Shown: positions 8,793 to 19,171 of the stretch, piece by piece
Layout of the letters: each line of letters opens with the position of its first letter
Numbering within the stretch: position 1 is the stretch's first letter
Made by a program: the position numbers and the translations under genes
NCBI GenBank assembly: GCA_965208125.1
Contig: OZ242320.1
Span: 1,568,001 to 1,632,000 of the forward strand
Direction: 5' to 3'
Source of the DNA: Candidatus Latescibacterota bacterium
Lineage (GTDB): Bacteria > Latescibacterota > UBA2968
Length of the DNA stretch: 64,000 nt
Notes under the pieces: model-generated
The model's input: only the letters and a program-made list of their open reading frames with translations
Told to the model about the DNA's origin: nothing
Databases searched by the model: none

Positions 8793-10331
8793 ATGAAGCG
8801 TTTGTATATCCCGCTTGTTGTTATTGCAAGCTGTCTATGGACCTGGGCGCACGCATCACAATCCAGATCTCTCCCCGACTTTGACGGAAATGGCGTTGTG
8901 GATCTTCCAGACTTCTTGCTATTTGTCGAACACTTCGGGACAAGTCGCGGTGATGAGACGTATGAAGACCGATTCGACCTGGATGGCGATGGCGCGATTG
9001 CATTTTCAGACTTTCTGATCTTTGCCAGCGACTTTGGCAAAACAGTGCCCCAGACGACGGACACGATAATAAAATTTCCGCTACGCGCCATTCATGCTGC
9101 GGGCAATTGGGGAGATACTGGCTATGTCGTAGATAGATGGGAAGCCGCTGGAAGGATCGGAACGCTCATACCTCTGGACTATATCCAATGGCTAAAGAGC
9201 CTGCATATAAACTGGATCGGCCTTTCCGTCGCGCTGCATTACAACGACAGCATGGACAGCACAGTCGAACGCGTGTACGCATCAAATGTAGATATTCCCA
9301 CTTTTTCAGATGAAGCACTCAGACAATTGATCCGAGAATTTAGAAATCACGGGATTGACGTATATCTAACCCTGGCATTCGAAGCCTATGAGGCAGAAAC
9401 CGCCGCACGCCCGGTACGCAGGTGGCAACTCGGAGACCCGGCACCTCCTCACACCGGCGGCGTTCCGCCTGATAATCCGAATGTCTATGGGTTGATACAA
9501 CCCCAACACTGGCCCTGGCGTCCAGATCACCCAGATCACCGGCGTTTTGTCGCCGAGTTCTGGGCAACCTATACGCAACAGGCGGTACATTTTGCCAGAA
9601 TAGCAGAGGCCGAAGGCGTGCGTTTATACTCATTGGGCACGGAGACCGACCGACTCTTTCGCACGCGCTCAGGAGGTTATATGACGAATGATTTTGGTCG
9701 AGAACTCAGATCAATGGTGGAAAGTGTGCGTGCCGTGTACAGTGGCTTGCTAACCTATGACATGCACTACGACGTACTCGCAGCATCCCACTTTTACGGA
9801 CCGGGATCGGGAGCCGGTCATCTATGGACAGACCTCGATCTCGACCTCATTGGAATCAGTGCGTGGTTTCCACTGACAGACTCGCGTCCGTCAACAGTAC
9901 TGAGCGTCGAAAGTTTCCAGACGCGTTACAGGCAGATATTCCAAAACCAGCTTATTCCGCTTGCGAACACAAATCCCGAACGACCCATTGTATTTACCGA
10001 ATACGGGGCTATGGATGTGGTTGAAACACCCGAACGGCCAGGTGATACATCAGCGCAAAACCGGCGATTCCTATTTACCGACTCGAACCGCAATGGACTG
10101 GATGACGGGCGAGAAACTCAGGCCAATATCTATAAGGCACTCATCAACACCCTGACTCAGTACCCCGGGATAGTAAATGGTGTCTTCTATTGGGATAATT
10201 GGATAACCAGCGACGAACGGTGGGCGAGATACTGGGCACGTCGCCGCAATTATGCCATCCGCGGCAAACTGTCCGAGGAAATTGTGCGATCGGCGTATGC
10301 GTCCTATGCTGAATCATCCAGGAACGACTAA
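8793..10331 (+). CDS. Secreted protein: dockerin-like EF-hand pair plus GH113-like TIM-barrel glycoside hydrolase
   Basis: Signal peptide; DFDGNGVVDLPDF...DLDGDGAIAFSDF; SLGTE, IGISAWFPL, IVFTEYG and GVFYW motifs. Confidence 0.65.
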   Translation: MKRLYIPLVVIASCLWTWAHASQSRSLPDFDGNGVVDLPDFLLFVEHFGTSRGDETYEDRFDLDGDGAIAFSDFLIFASDFGKTVPQTTDTIIKFPLRAIHAAGNWGDTGYVVDRWEAAGRIGTLIPLDYIQWLKSLHINWIGLSVALHYNDSMDSTVERVYASNVDIPTFSDEALRQLIREFRNHGIDVYLTLAFEAYEAETAARPVRRWQLGDPAPPHTGGVPPDNPNVYGLIQPQHWPWRPDHPDHRRFVAEFWATYTQQAVHFARIAEAEGVRLYSLGTETDRLFRTRSGGYMTNDFGRELRSMVESVRAVYSGLLTYDMHYDVLAASHFYGPGSGAGHLWTDLDLDLIGISAWFPLTDSRPSTVLSVESFQTRYRQIFQNQLIPLANTNPERPIVFTEYGAMDVVETPERPGDTSAQNRRFLFTDSNRNGLDDGRETQANIYKALINTLTQYPGIVNGVFYWDNWITSDERWARYWARRRNYAIRGKLSEEIVRSAYASYAESSRND

Positions 10332-10445
10332 CGATCTCAACATTGCAGAAGGCATGCGAATTGTGTAAATTTGGAAAGTGATCATGCATTAGGGAAAATG
10401 AACGGGTCAATTTTGGGCATCGCGATCAAAAAATGGCGGTTTAAG

Positions 10446-12065
10446 ATGCTGCGAAACTATGTTCTACTCGTGATGACATTCATAACATTTGGACAGGCAG
10501 ACGCGGGATTGCTACCAGAAACCCCCAGTCCTCAAGGTGGGGATCTCACCGGTTCCTGGGTAGCCAGGAAATTCGAACTGAACGCTTATGTCCCGGCTGC
10601 GCTCGTGGAAGCAGTAAAGCCTCTTACAGTTGAAGGCGAGATCAACGGCACACTGATTTTGGATTCAGATGGCAGTATTCAAGCGAACTACGAGACAGTA
10701 GCCAATGTCTCTGCGTTATTATGGGTTCTACTTACGGTCACTGTACACGATACGAGCCAATACACAGGCAATTACACCGTCATGTCCGATACACATGAGC
10801 TCATCATAACACGCGAAAATGAAGATCCACTCAATTATACGTACACGGCTACGGCGGATTCACTGCATATTATACGTCCGCTTCTTTTAGATGAATTATT
10901 GGCGTCATTACCCGAATCTGTAAGAGACCTGGCACTGAGTTCGCTTTCTCATCTCGTTCCGCCAGATGATCCTATCAGGTTCGTGATCAGTTTTGCAAAA
11001 TCGGCAGATATAGGGACATCGAGTGTGCTAACGGGTGATTTTAATGGGAATGGTGTGGTTAATATTTCCGATTTTTTACTGTTTGTAACTCACTTCGAGA
11101 CAAGTCGTGGCGATAGGACGTATAACGCCAGGTATGATCTGGACAGCAACGGCGTAATTGGATTCTCCGATTTTCTGATCTTTGTCAACAACTTTGGTAA
11201 AGAGGCATCTTCCCCTGGCGGTGTTGCAACGATCGTTGCCATTCCGGATGAGAATCTGCTCGCTGTTATCGAGAATAGTCTCGACAAGGCGGAGGGTACT
11301 CCGATCACCAGAGGTGACATGGTGGCCTTAACGAACCTTGAGGCACCAAACAATAATATTCGCGATCTAACCGGACTTGAGTTTGCAATTAACCTGACAA
11401 AGCTGTCTCTTTACAACAACAGCATATCGGACATCACACCCCTTTCAAGATTGAACAGTCTGGAATGGCTGGTTCTTTCCAGCAACAGCATATCGGACAT
11501 CACACCCCTTCTGGGATTGAACAGTCTGGAATGGCTGTATCTTTCCAACAACAGCGTATCGAACATCACACCCCTTTCAAGATTGAACAATCTGGAATGG
11601 CTGTTTCTCGAAAGCAACAGCATATCGGACATCACACCCCTTTCAGGATTCAACAATCTGGAAGGACTGTATCTTTACAACAACAGCATATCGGACATCA
11701 CATCCCTTTCGGGATTGAACAGTCTAAGATTGCTGGATCTTGAAAACAACAGCATATCGGACATCACATCCCTTTCAGGATTGAACAGTCTGGAAAGGCT
11801 ATCTCTTCACAGCAACAGCATATCGGACCTCGCGCCCCTGGTCGCAAATACGGGATTGGGTAGTGGGGATTGGGTTTATGTGAGAAATAACCCGTTAAAT
11901 GCTACATCAATCAACACGCACATTCCAGCACTTCAGAGCAGAGGGATTAATGTGAGCTTTGGCGCGTCGAAGCCCGCGGCAGGTGAGCAAGAACGAGACA
12001 TATTCCGTTCCTTTAGGGAGGAACTGGGGAGAGGCCCCTCTCCACCACCGGCAACATCACCCTGA
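10446..12065 (+). CDS. Secreted dockerin-like plus internalin-type leucine-rich-repeat protein
   Basis: Signal peptide; DFNGNGVVNISDF...DLDSNGVIGFSDF; IPDENL cap; 22-aa LRRs; 3' end overlaps the convergent kinase. Confidence 0.88.
   Translation: MLRNYVLLVMTFITFGQADAGLLPETPSPQGGDLTGSWVARKFELNAYVPAALVEAVKPLTVEGEINGTLILDSDGSIQANYETVANVSALLWVLLTVTVHDTSQYTGNYTVMSDTHELIITRENEDPLNYTYTATADSLHIIRPLLLDELLASLPESVRDLALSSLSHLVPPDDPIRFVISFAKSADIGTSSVLTGDFNGNGVVNISDFLLFVTHFETSRGDRTYNARYDLDSNGVIGFSDFLIFVNNFGKEASSPGGVATIVAIPDENLLAVIENSLDKAEGTPITRGDMVALTNLEAPNNNIRDLTGLEFAINLTKLSLYNNSISDITPLSRLNSLEWLVLSSNSISDITPLLGLNSLEWLYLSNNSVSNITPLSRLNNLEWLFLESNSISDITPLSGFNNLEGLYLYNNSISDITSLSGLNSLRLLDLENNSISDITSLSGLNSLERLSLHSNSISDLAPLVANTGLGSGDWVYVRNNPLNATSINTHIPALQSRGINVSFGASKPAAGEQERDIFRSFREELGRGPSPPPATSP
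11390..11850 (+). repeat. About seven 66-bp LRR-coding tandem repeats
   Basis: CAACAGCATATCGGACATCACA recurs with a 66-bp period; unit LxxLxLxxNSISDITxLSxL. Confidence 0.9.
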
Positions 12066-15000
12066 ACGTCGTGCCCACGCCCTGCTCGCTCTCCACCGCG
12101 ATCTCCCCATCGTGATTGCGAACAATGGCATAAATAATCGACAACCCCAAACCCGTACCCCGGTCTGCATCCTTAGTCGTAAAAAAAGGCTCAAAAAGAC
12201 GCTGCCGGATCGCCTCATCCATTCCAACCCCATTATCCTCCACCTCGACAACAACCGCATCGTCCTCACCCCGCGTTCTGATCCAGACCTGCTTATCATA
12301 CCCCGCCCCCTCCATCTCCGCCCGCTCATCCACTGCATCCCGGGCATTAGACAGCAAATTGAGAACCACCTGCTCAAGAGGATGCGGATGTCCCCAGACC
12401 TCTGGGAGCGCGTCAGAAAGATCCAGCCAGAGATCAATCCCGTGCCTTTCAAGCTGCGAACCCATCAACTTCAGACTGCTCTGTATCACCTCATTCACAA
12501 CCATCGCCTGGCGTGGCTCCTCGGACACATCGCGCGAAAACACACGCAAATGATCGACAGTACCTGCCATCCGACCAACCACACCCCGAACATCCTCCAT
12601 CATCTCCCTCAACTCGTCCGTCTCAAGTGGCATACCCTCCATCAGCCGCAGGGAAATATCTCCAGCAGTTGTCTCAACGGCGGTCAGCGGCTGGTTGAGC
12701 TCGTGTGCCACACCCGCAACCATCTGCCCCAGCGACACCAGACGTGCGGACTGCAAAAGCTGCGTCTCATTAGCAGCTGCAAGATCTTCATTCGCCTTCC
12801 GCAATTTCCGATCCCGAACAATAATCCGCGAAATCAGATAACCCGTAAGAATCACAAACCCCAGGATCAACCCGATAAACCACAGACGGCGCCACACCAG
12901 CGGAACAACATTGAACGACATCGCAGACGGTATGGGATCTTCATTAAACGCCAGATCGCGCGCTTTAACCTCCAGCGTATGCGTCCCCACATCCAGACCC
13001 TCAAAGGATAGGACCGTATCCCCGCCATAAGGCGACCACGCCCCACCATTCAAACGGTGGGCGTATTGCAGATCTTCGCGCAATGTACTTCGCCAGGCGT
13101 CTATCCCTGTCCACGCGAAAGTTATCTTTTCACCTTCAGAGACTTCATCCTGAACAATAGTCATCACGGTTTCAGGTGGATCTGTCTCTGGCACATATCG
13201 AATCGTACGCAGCGTACAGGACGCCACAACGCCCTCGGATTCTGACCGTTTGTGCCAGGCGCCTGTATCAGATACAAAATTGAGCCAGAGTGCTCCGTCT
13301 CCAGACTGGAGAATCGGATCATGGAACTCTGTGTGCGGAAGTCCGGAAGGTAAAGCCTGTGGCAACCATGCGCGCCCATCAAACCGGCTAACACCCCCTG
13401 CCGTCCCCACCCAGATCGCGCCATCCCGATCCTGAAAAATACTTCGCACCTCATTATCCGCCAGCCCATCGCCATAATCGAACTGCTGCCACGCCGTCCC
13501 ATCATACCGAAACACCCCATAAATTCGGGACCCCAACCACAGGTCCCCCTGAGTATAAACAGCATCAATAAAACCTCTGGTCAACTCCTCTGGTCCAGTA
13601 AATTGTACCTCTCGCACCCCATCAAAACCGAACAGCCTTCCGCCAAACCACAAAATCCCATCAGAACTCTGCCCGATCCCATAAGCATAACGCGTCATCT
13701 CCGGAGGAGTATAATGTGTCCATCTCACCCCATCAAAAACCACCACCCCACCGAGAAAGCCATCATATAACCACCAATCCACCGCCGCGGCAAACCACAG
13801 AGAACCGTCAAAAGCCTCATAAACCGCACGCGGATCAACACCCCAGGAAAGCTGGGGATGGCGATCCATAACCCATTCAGAACCATTCAACCGCGCTGTA
13901 GCGGCGACATACTCATGGCTACCCGCAGCCCACAACGCACCCTCTCGCGTCACAATCAACTTACCCGGCATATCCATCAAGCCATCCGCCACACCAAACC
14001 GCGTCCATCCCTGCGCATCACGACGCACAACACCGTTATCCTGCGAGATAAACCATTGCGCCCCATCGGGCGTATCGCACTGAAAAATGAGACCCTCATA
14101 AGTCTGCCAGTGCTTCCCACTCAAATCCAGACGCGCAGCTTCCTGTCCGCGGCCTATAATCCAGAGCGCGCCATCCGCCGCCTCGAAAAGTTCCATACGG
14201 TGCGACGGCAACGACACAACATCTTTCGAATCATAAACGCGCCACACACCATCCCTATAAGCAATCAAGCGACTACCACCAATCCAGAGCGTCCCATCCC
14301 GACTTTCTATGATAGACGTATAATGATGGTCGAGATCACCAACTTCAAGCACCTCCCACTTCTCGCCGTCAAACCGGTTGACACTTTTACTCTTATCGCC
14401 ATACACCACCCAAACGATACCGTCCTCTGTCACACACATCCTCGGATACACACCCTGATCGATCCCATCATCCCCACTAAAACGCTGATAACCCGATGCA
14501 AAATCAAAACGAATCAGATCGCCATCGTGCGTCCCAAACCAGATCGCCCCATTGGACCCTTCACACACATCATAAACCATCAACCTCCGATTGTCCAAAA
14601 CGCGATCTGGAACCACAACAAAAGTCACCGCATCGGATACCATCTCCCGAACACCTGTCGTATCCTCCGCAGCCACATACAACCTTACCCCATCTGGCGT
14701 CAACCTGAGCGCACCCCATTCCGTACCCACCCACAAACTCCCATCCTGTGCCTCCATCAAATCATAGGTATTCCATTCTCCCTCAGATGGAAATACCCAT
14801 TCCCACGCCCCATTCTCAAAACGACTAATACCCCGATCAGACCCCACATAAACACCGCCATCCCGGGCGACATAAAGCGCGTTGATCCGCGCCCCAACCA
14901 TCCCCTCATCAAACGGAAAGAGATGCCAACTTATCCCATCGTAGCGATAAATACCATCATCCGTCCCAAATAAAAAACTACCATCCCCATCCTCCACCAA

Positions 15001-15156
15001 ACACGACACGCCTTGCCCCTTCAACTCTGGAAAAGATCGCCAGCGCCAGGACTCATGCACAGGATCTGGATGACGAGGCGTAAAAGGCGTCGCCGCGAAA
15101 CACACACTCGCGCCCACAAGCATCAGAAGCATCAGACATTTTGTGCATTCAATCAT
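12013..15156 (-). CDS. Sensor histidine kinase with extracytoplasmic beta-propeller (Reg_prop/Y_Y_Y-like) domains
   Basis: Repeated DGxLWxGT, a TM helix, H-box GVAHELNQPL, NLLSNARDA, DNGVG, FFTTK, GTGLGL; exact start uncertain. Confidence 0.92.
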   Translation of the reverse strand: MIECTKCLMLLMLVGASVCFAATPFTPRHPDPVHESWRWRSFPELKGQGVSCLVEDGDGSFLFGTDDGIYRYDGISWHLFPFDEGMVGARINALYVARDGGVYVGSDRGISRFENGAWEWVFPSEGEWNTYDLMEAQDGSLWVGTEWGALRLTPDGVRLYVAAEDTTGVREMVSDAVTFVVVPDRVLDNRRLMVYDVCEGSNGAIWFGTHDGDLIRFDFASGYQRFSGDDGIDQGVYPRMCVTEDGIVWVVYGDKSKSVNRFDGEKWEVLEVGDLDHHYTSIIESRDGTLWIGGSRLIAYRDGVWRVYDSKDVVSLPSHRMELFEAADGALWIIGRGQEAARLDLSGKHWQTYEGLIFQCDTPDGAQWFISQDNGVVRRDAQGWTRFGVADGLMDMPGKLIVTREGALWAAGSHEYVAATARLNGSEWVMDRHPQLSWGVDPRAVYEAFDGSLWFAAAVDWWLYDGFLGGVVVFDGVRWTHYTPPEMTRYAYGIGQSSDGILWFGGRLFGFDGVREVQFTGPEELTRGFIDAVYTQGDLWLGSRIYGVFRYDGTAWQQFDYGDGLADNEVRSIFQDRDGAIWVGTAGGVSRFDGRAWLPQALPSGLPHTEFHDPILQSGDGALWLNFVSDTGAWHKRSESEGVVASCTLRTIRYVPETDPPETVMTIVQDEVSEGEKITFAWTGIDAWRSTLREDLQYAHRLNGGAWSPYGGDTVLSFEGLDVGTHTLEVKARDLAFNEDPIPSAMSFNVVPLVWRRLWFIGLILGFVILTGYLISRIIVRDRKLRKANEDLAAANETQLLQSARLVSLGQMVAGVAHELNQPLTAVETTAGDISLRLMEGMPLETDELREMMEDVRGVVGRMAGTVDHLRVFSRDVSEEPRQAMVVNEVIQSSLKLMGSQLERHGIDLWLDLSDALPEVWGHPHPLEQVVLNLLSNARDAVDERAEMEGAGYDKQVWIRTRGEDDAVVVEVEDNGVGMDEAIRQRLFEPFFTTKDADRGTGLGLSIIYAIVRNHDGEIAVESEQGVGTTFRVMLPVVERGLSPVPP

Positions 15157-15397
15157 ACTCAATCCATCCATAAAAAAAGCGGCACTGGCGATAAATATCA
15201 CCAGCACCGCTATACACTGTCAGCGACTCATCGTGCTCCATGCATGTAATGGGTTTCCTGTACTTAAGCATTTGCCAACGACAAGTCTGTTGACTATACC
15301 CTGATTGGACATGGCAGTGTTGCCCAGCGCTTCAAAGTTCAGCGAGCGCGGTGAGACCTCCTCTCGGCTCCCAGATACCGTTGGTAGCGGTAGATCA

Positions 15398-17698
15398 TCA
15401 ATCGTTGTCCTCAACAGTCACGCTCGCCGAGAATGGACTACCCAATAAATTGTCATCACTGTCTTTCCATTGCGCGGTCAGGGTGACCACACTATCAGGC
15501 TCATCTACATCATCATCTATGGTCTTGATCGTAAGCGTGGTGGCGTTCTGAGTTCCACTAACCAGCACTTCGCCGCTCATGACATCGCCAGATTCGTCGA
15601 TACCTATACTTAGATTTCCCTGGGGTAAAGTAATCGTACTCGGGGAAATAATCGTAAAGGTCACATCCGTCCCTTCCGTCACAGGGGTAGTACCGGCAGA
15701 AATTGTCGTCTCTGAGAGATCGTTGTCTTGAACCGTCACACTCGCAGAAGAAGAACTACCCACTGCATAACCCGTACCAGCCTCCACTTCCGCAGTCACG
15801 CTGCTATTGATCTCACCTACATTATCATCGTCCGTATTGACCGTCAGCGTGGCAGTGGATTCGTTGGCGTTGATGGTCACCGATGAGGGTGCTGCCCCAC
15901 TGATCACAGCGCCATCCTCGGTCACGCTCACACTCACGGTTATTGCTGTTGTCGGAGCAGGGGATGCTGTAATCGTGAACGTCGCTGCCGTGCCCTCAGT
16001 CACAGGGGTAGTACCGGCAGAGATCGTCACTTGTGGGTGTTCGTTGTCGCTCACGGTCACACTCGCAGAAGAAGAACTACCCACATTATAACCTGTGCCA
16101 GTCGCCACTTGCGCGGTCACGATGCTATTGTTCTCACCTACATTATCATCGTCCGTATTAACCGTCAGCGTAGCAGTGGTCGCGTTGGCGTTGATGGTCA
16201 CCGATGAAGGTGCTGTACCACTGATCACAGCGCCATCCTCACTGACGCTCACATTCACTGTCAATGGGGAGGCTGGCGCAGGGGAAGCCGTGATTGTGAA
16301 CGTCGCTGCCGTACCCTCGGTCACAGGAGTAGTACCCGCAGAGATCGTCACTTGTGGGTGTTCGTTGTCGCTCACGGTCACACTCGCAGAGGAAGGACTA
16401 CCCACGGTATAACCTGTTCCGGTCTGCACTTCCGCCGTCACGATGCTATTGTTCTCACCTACATTATCATTATCCGTATTGACCCTCAGCGTGGCTGCGG
16501 ACTCGTTGGCGTCGATGGTCACCGATGAGGGTGCTGCCCCACTGATCACATCGCCATCCTCACTGACGTTCACATTCACCGTCAATGGGGAAGCTGACCG
16601 AGGGAACGCCGCGATTACAAAAACCGCTACCCTACCCTCAGTCACAGGTCCGCTAAGAGCTCGGATCGTCACCCTTGGGAGATCGTTATCCTCAACCGTC
16701 ACACTCGCAGAAGATGAACTGCCCACGGTATAACCTGTTCCGGTCTGCACTTCCGCCGTCACCACACTGTTAGACTCATCTGTCTTATCATTATCCGTAT
16801 TAACCGTCAGCGTAGCAGTGGACTCGTTGGCGTTGATGGTCACCGATGAGGGTGCTGTCCCACTGATCACATCGCCATCCTCGGTCACGCTCACACTCAC
16901 GGTTATTGCTGAGGTTGGCGCAGAGGATGCTGTGATCGTGAACGTCGCTGCCGTACCCTCCGTCACAGGGGTAGTACCCGCAGAGATCGTCACCTGTGGG
17001 GTCACCTGCTGTTGTCCGGTCGGCGGTGGGGGCGCAGGATCGTCATTATCCTCAACCGTCACACTCGCAGAGGAGGAACTGCCCACTGTATAGCCTGTCC
17101 CACTCTCCACTTCCGCTGTCACCACACTATTAGACTCATCTGCATCATCATCGTCCGTATTGACCGTCAGCGTAGCAGTGGACTCGTTGGCGTCGATGGT
17201 CACTGTCGAAGACGGCGTCCCACTGATCACATCGCCATCCTCGGTCACGCTCACACTCACGGTTATTGCTGAGGTCGGCGCAGAGGATGCCGTAATTGTA
17301 AACGTCGCTGACGTACCTTCCGTCACAGGTGAAGTACCCGCTGAAATTGTCACCTGTGGGGTCTCCTGTGGGGTCTCCTGCTGTTGCGAGGGCGAATCGT
17401 CGATGTTCACTGTCTTGCCCCAATTGGAAATCAAGATCCTGAGATCCAATTGGTTGATGACCCCATCGCCGTGCAGATCCAACTCCTCCTGCCAATTTGG
17501 TCCACCTGCTCGCGTTCCCCAATTGGAGATAAGGAGTCTTAAGTCCAATTCATCGACAATCCCATCGTCGTTAAAGTCCGAAGATGGCGGACTACTATCC
17601 TGTGAAAAAAGCGACAAAGGAGCAATCAAGAGCAGAAGGCTCAGAAAACTGGCGATACGGAGCGTGAAGTTGGGATACGAATTACGACTAATCATCAT
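15398..17698 (-). CDS. Secreted adhesin-like protein: dockerin-like module plus six Calx-beta-like repeats
   Basis: GGAG RBS and ATG 17698; signal peptide; DFNDDGIVDELDL...DLHGDGVINQLDL; six ~107-aa units PQVTISAGTTPVTEG...ASVTVxDND. Confidence 0.85.
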   Translation of the reverse strand: MMISRNSYPNFTLRIASFLSLLLLIAPLSLFSQDSSPPSSDFNDDGIVDELDLRLLISNWGTRAGGPNWQEELDLHGDGVINQLDLRILISNWGKTVNIDDSPSQQQETPQETPQVTISAGTSPVTEGTSATFTITASSAPTSAITVSVSVTEDGDVISGTPSSTVTIDANESTATLTVNTDDDDADESNSVVTAEVESGTGYTVGSSSSASVTVEDNDDPAPPPPTGQQQVTPQVTISAGTTPVTEGTAATFTITASSAPTSAITVSVSVTEDGDVISGTAPSSVTINANESTATLTVNTDNDKTDESNSVVTAEVQTGTGYTVGSSSSASVTVEDNDLPRVTIRALSGPVTEGRVAVFVIAAFPRSASPLTVNVNVSEDGDVISGAAPSSVTIDANESAATLRVNTDNDNVGENNSIVTAEVQTGTGYTVGSPSSASVTVSDNEHPQVTISAGTTPVTEGTAATFTITASPAPASPLTVNVSVSEDGAVISGTAPSSVTINANATTATLTVNTDDDNVGENNSIVTAQVATGTGYNVGSSSSASVTVSDNEHPQVTISAGTTPVTEGTAATFTITASPAPTTAITVSVSVTEDGAVISGAAPSSVTINANESTATLTVNTDDDNVGEINSSVTAEVEAGTGYAVGSSSSASVTVQDNDLSETTISAGTTPVTEGTDVTFTIISPSTITLPQGNLSIGIDESGDVMSGEVLVSGTQNATTLTIKTIDDDVDEPDSVVTLTAQWKDSDDNLLGSPFSASVTVEDND

Positions 17699-17783
17699 TT
17701 TTCTCCATAGACATATATGCAAACGTTCTCAGTTAGGGTGAAAGATCGACGGCAAATAAGCCGAGAATTAACTCAATAACACC

Positions 17784-17944
17784 TAATTATACTTATACGG
17801 ATATAAGTTGCTTCGGCTATACTGAGAAGCAGATCAACCTTTTGCTTTGTTCTTTTTTAACGCTTAAATGGTTTCGTTTGTTGCGCGGTCACTGCCTCGC
17901 TAAACGTTTGTATTTGACAAAATAATTCCGTATAAGTATAATTA
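17784..17944. repeat. Perfect 18-bp inverted repeats flanking a 125-bp segment (candidate invertible element)
   Basis: TAATTATACTTATACGGA (17784-17801) and its reverse complement TCCGTATAAGTATAATTA (17927-17944). Confidence 0.9.
17914..17942 (+). promoter_or_regulatory. Consensus sigma70 promoter facing the recombinase
   Basis: TTGACA (17914-17919), 17 bp, TATAAT (17937-17942). Confidence 0.85.
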
Positions 17945-18043
17945 TATGGATTAAAATATCAGATTACCGAGCACAAAGCCGACAGCTTAACCCTCCGTAT
18001 AACCTGACAGTTAGCCACAGTCGAGCAGCTCAGGAGCGACTCT

Positions 18044-18982
18044 ATGCTACGAAATATCTCCCTACAATCTGCCCTCGACACCACGCCCGCGTCAATATCC
18101 ATCGACATGGCCCGATTGATGCAGGCCAGCATCGCGCCCAACACGGCGAAGGCGTACCACACTGCTCTTGACAAGCTGACCAAATATTTGAACGGGCGGC
18201 CACCAACCGACGGGACACTGGCCGACTACTTAGCCCACTTATATGCCAGAGGACTGGCGCCCGCTTCTATCGCCTTAGTGGTGCAAGCCATCCGCTTTTG
18301 GGAAAAAATAGAAGGCCGTCCATCGAGTGTTGGCCCGTTGACGACTCGCACCCTGGCCGGAATCCGCCGCGAAGGTCGAGGACGAGGCCGCGGCCAGGTA
18401 ACTGGATTGACCCGAGAGACGGTCAAACTCATGGCTCATAACGCCACCAAGACCGGCACCCTGGCCGGATTGAGAGACGCCGCCCTGTTGCGCGTGATGA
18501 GCGACGCCCTGTTGAGGATCGGCGAGGCTGTAGCCATCGACTGCGAGCACATCACGACCGAAGCCGACGGTACCGGACGACTTGAGATCCATCAGAGCAA
18601 AACCGACCAGAATGGGAAAGGCACGAGCCTCTACTTGACCACCCGCACCATTGATGCCATCCGCCAGTTGCAGGCCCGCGCTGGCTACAAGACCGGCCCT
18701 CTCTTTCGTCGGATGTTAAAGGGCGACCACATGAGCAACAACCGCTTGACAGTCGATGGTGCGCGATTAGCCATCAAAGCGTCCGCAAAGCAAGCCGGTA
18801 TTGCGGGCGTAAGCGGCCACAGCCTCCGAATTGGAACTGCCCAGGAGCTTGCCCAGCGCGGCGCTACCCTGGTCGAGTTGCAGAACGCCGGCCGCTGGAC
18901 AGATAGCCAGATGCCAGCCCACTATACCCGCAATCAGGCCGCAGGTAAGGGAGCCGTGGCCCGCTTGCTGCGAGATGACTAA
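18044..18982 (+). CDS. Cre-like tyrosine recombinase
   Basis: AGGAG RBS; full catalytic set: R (LLRIGE), K (SKTDQ), HxxR (GHSLR), W (AGRW), Y (HYTR); N-terminal SAM-like APNTAKAY. Confidence 0.93.
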   Translation: MLRNISLQSALDTTPASISIDMARLMQASIAPNTAKAYHTALDKLTKYLNGRPPTDGTLADYLAHLYARGLAPASIALVVQAIRFWEKIEGRPSSVGPLTTRTLAGIRREGRGRGRGQVTGLTRETVKLMAHNATKTGTLAGLRDAALLRVMSDALLRIGEAVAIDCEHITTEADGTGRLEIHQSKTDQNGKGTSLYLTTRTIDAIRQLQARAGYKTGPLFRRMLKGDHMSNNRLTVDGARLAIKASAKQAGIAGVSGHSLRIGTAQELAQRGATLVELQNAGRWTDSQMPAHYTRNQAAGKGAVARLLRDD

Positions 18983-19100
18983 GAGAGATAGAGACGTTAT
19001 GAGTGCCCGACGACCTCTCTTGTCAGTAGTAAATTTAAGACGCAGGACTTTCTGCAAAATATCTCCTCAAAAACGGAATATGAAAAATTTTAACAACCAT

Positions 19101-19127
19101 TAAAACTTTTTCCCTCAACCAAACGTC
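19101..19127 (+). promoter_or_regulatory. Possible ECF-type autoregulatory promoter
   Basis: TAAAAC, 17 bp, CGTC upstream of the ECF sigma gene. Confidence 0.35.
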
Positions 19128-19171
19128 TTGAAAGATGAACAACACACAGAACCCCAAACACGGTCCACCGA

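Noticed and set aside
18044-18982. Integron integrase with attC cassettes
   Set aside because: No recognisable IntI-specific insertion, Cre-like GRW motif instead, and no GTTRRRY-type attC array seen
15218-19026. TGTCAG at 15218 and 19021 as att sites bounding the adhesin-recombinase island
   Set aside because: A 6-bp match is expected by chance; an empty-site comparison is needed
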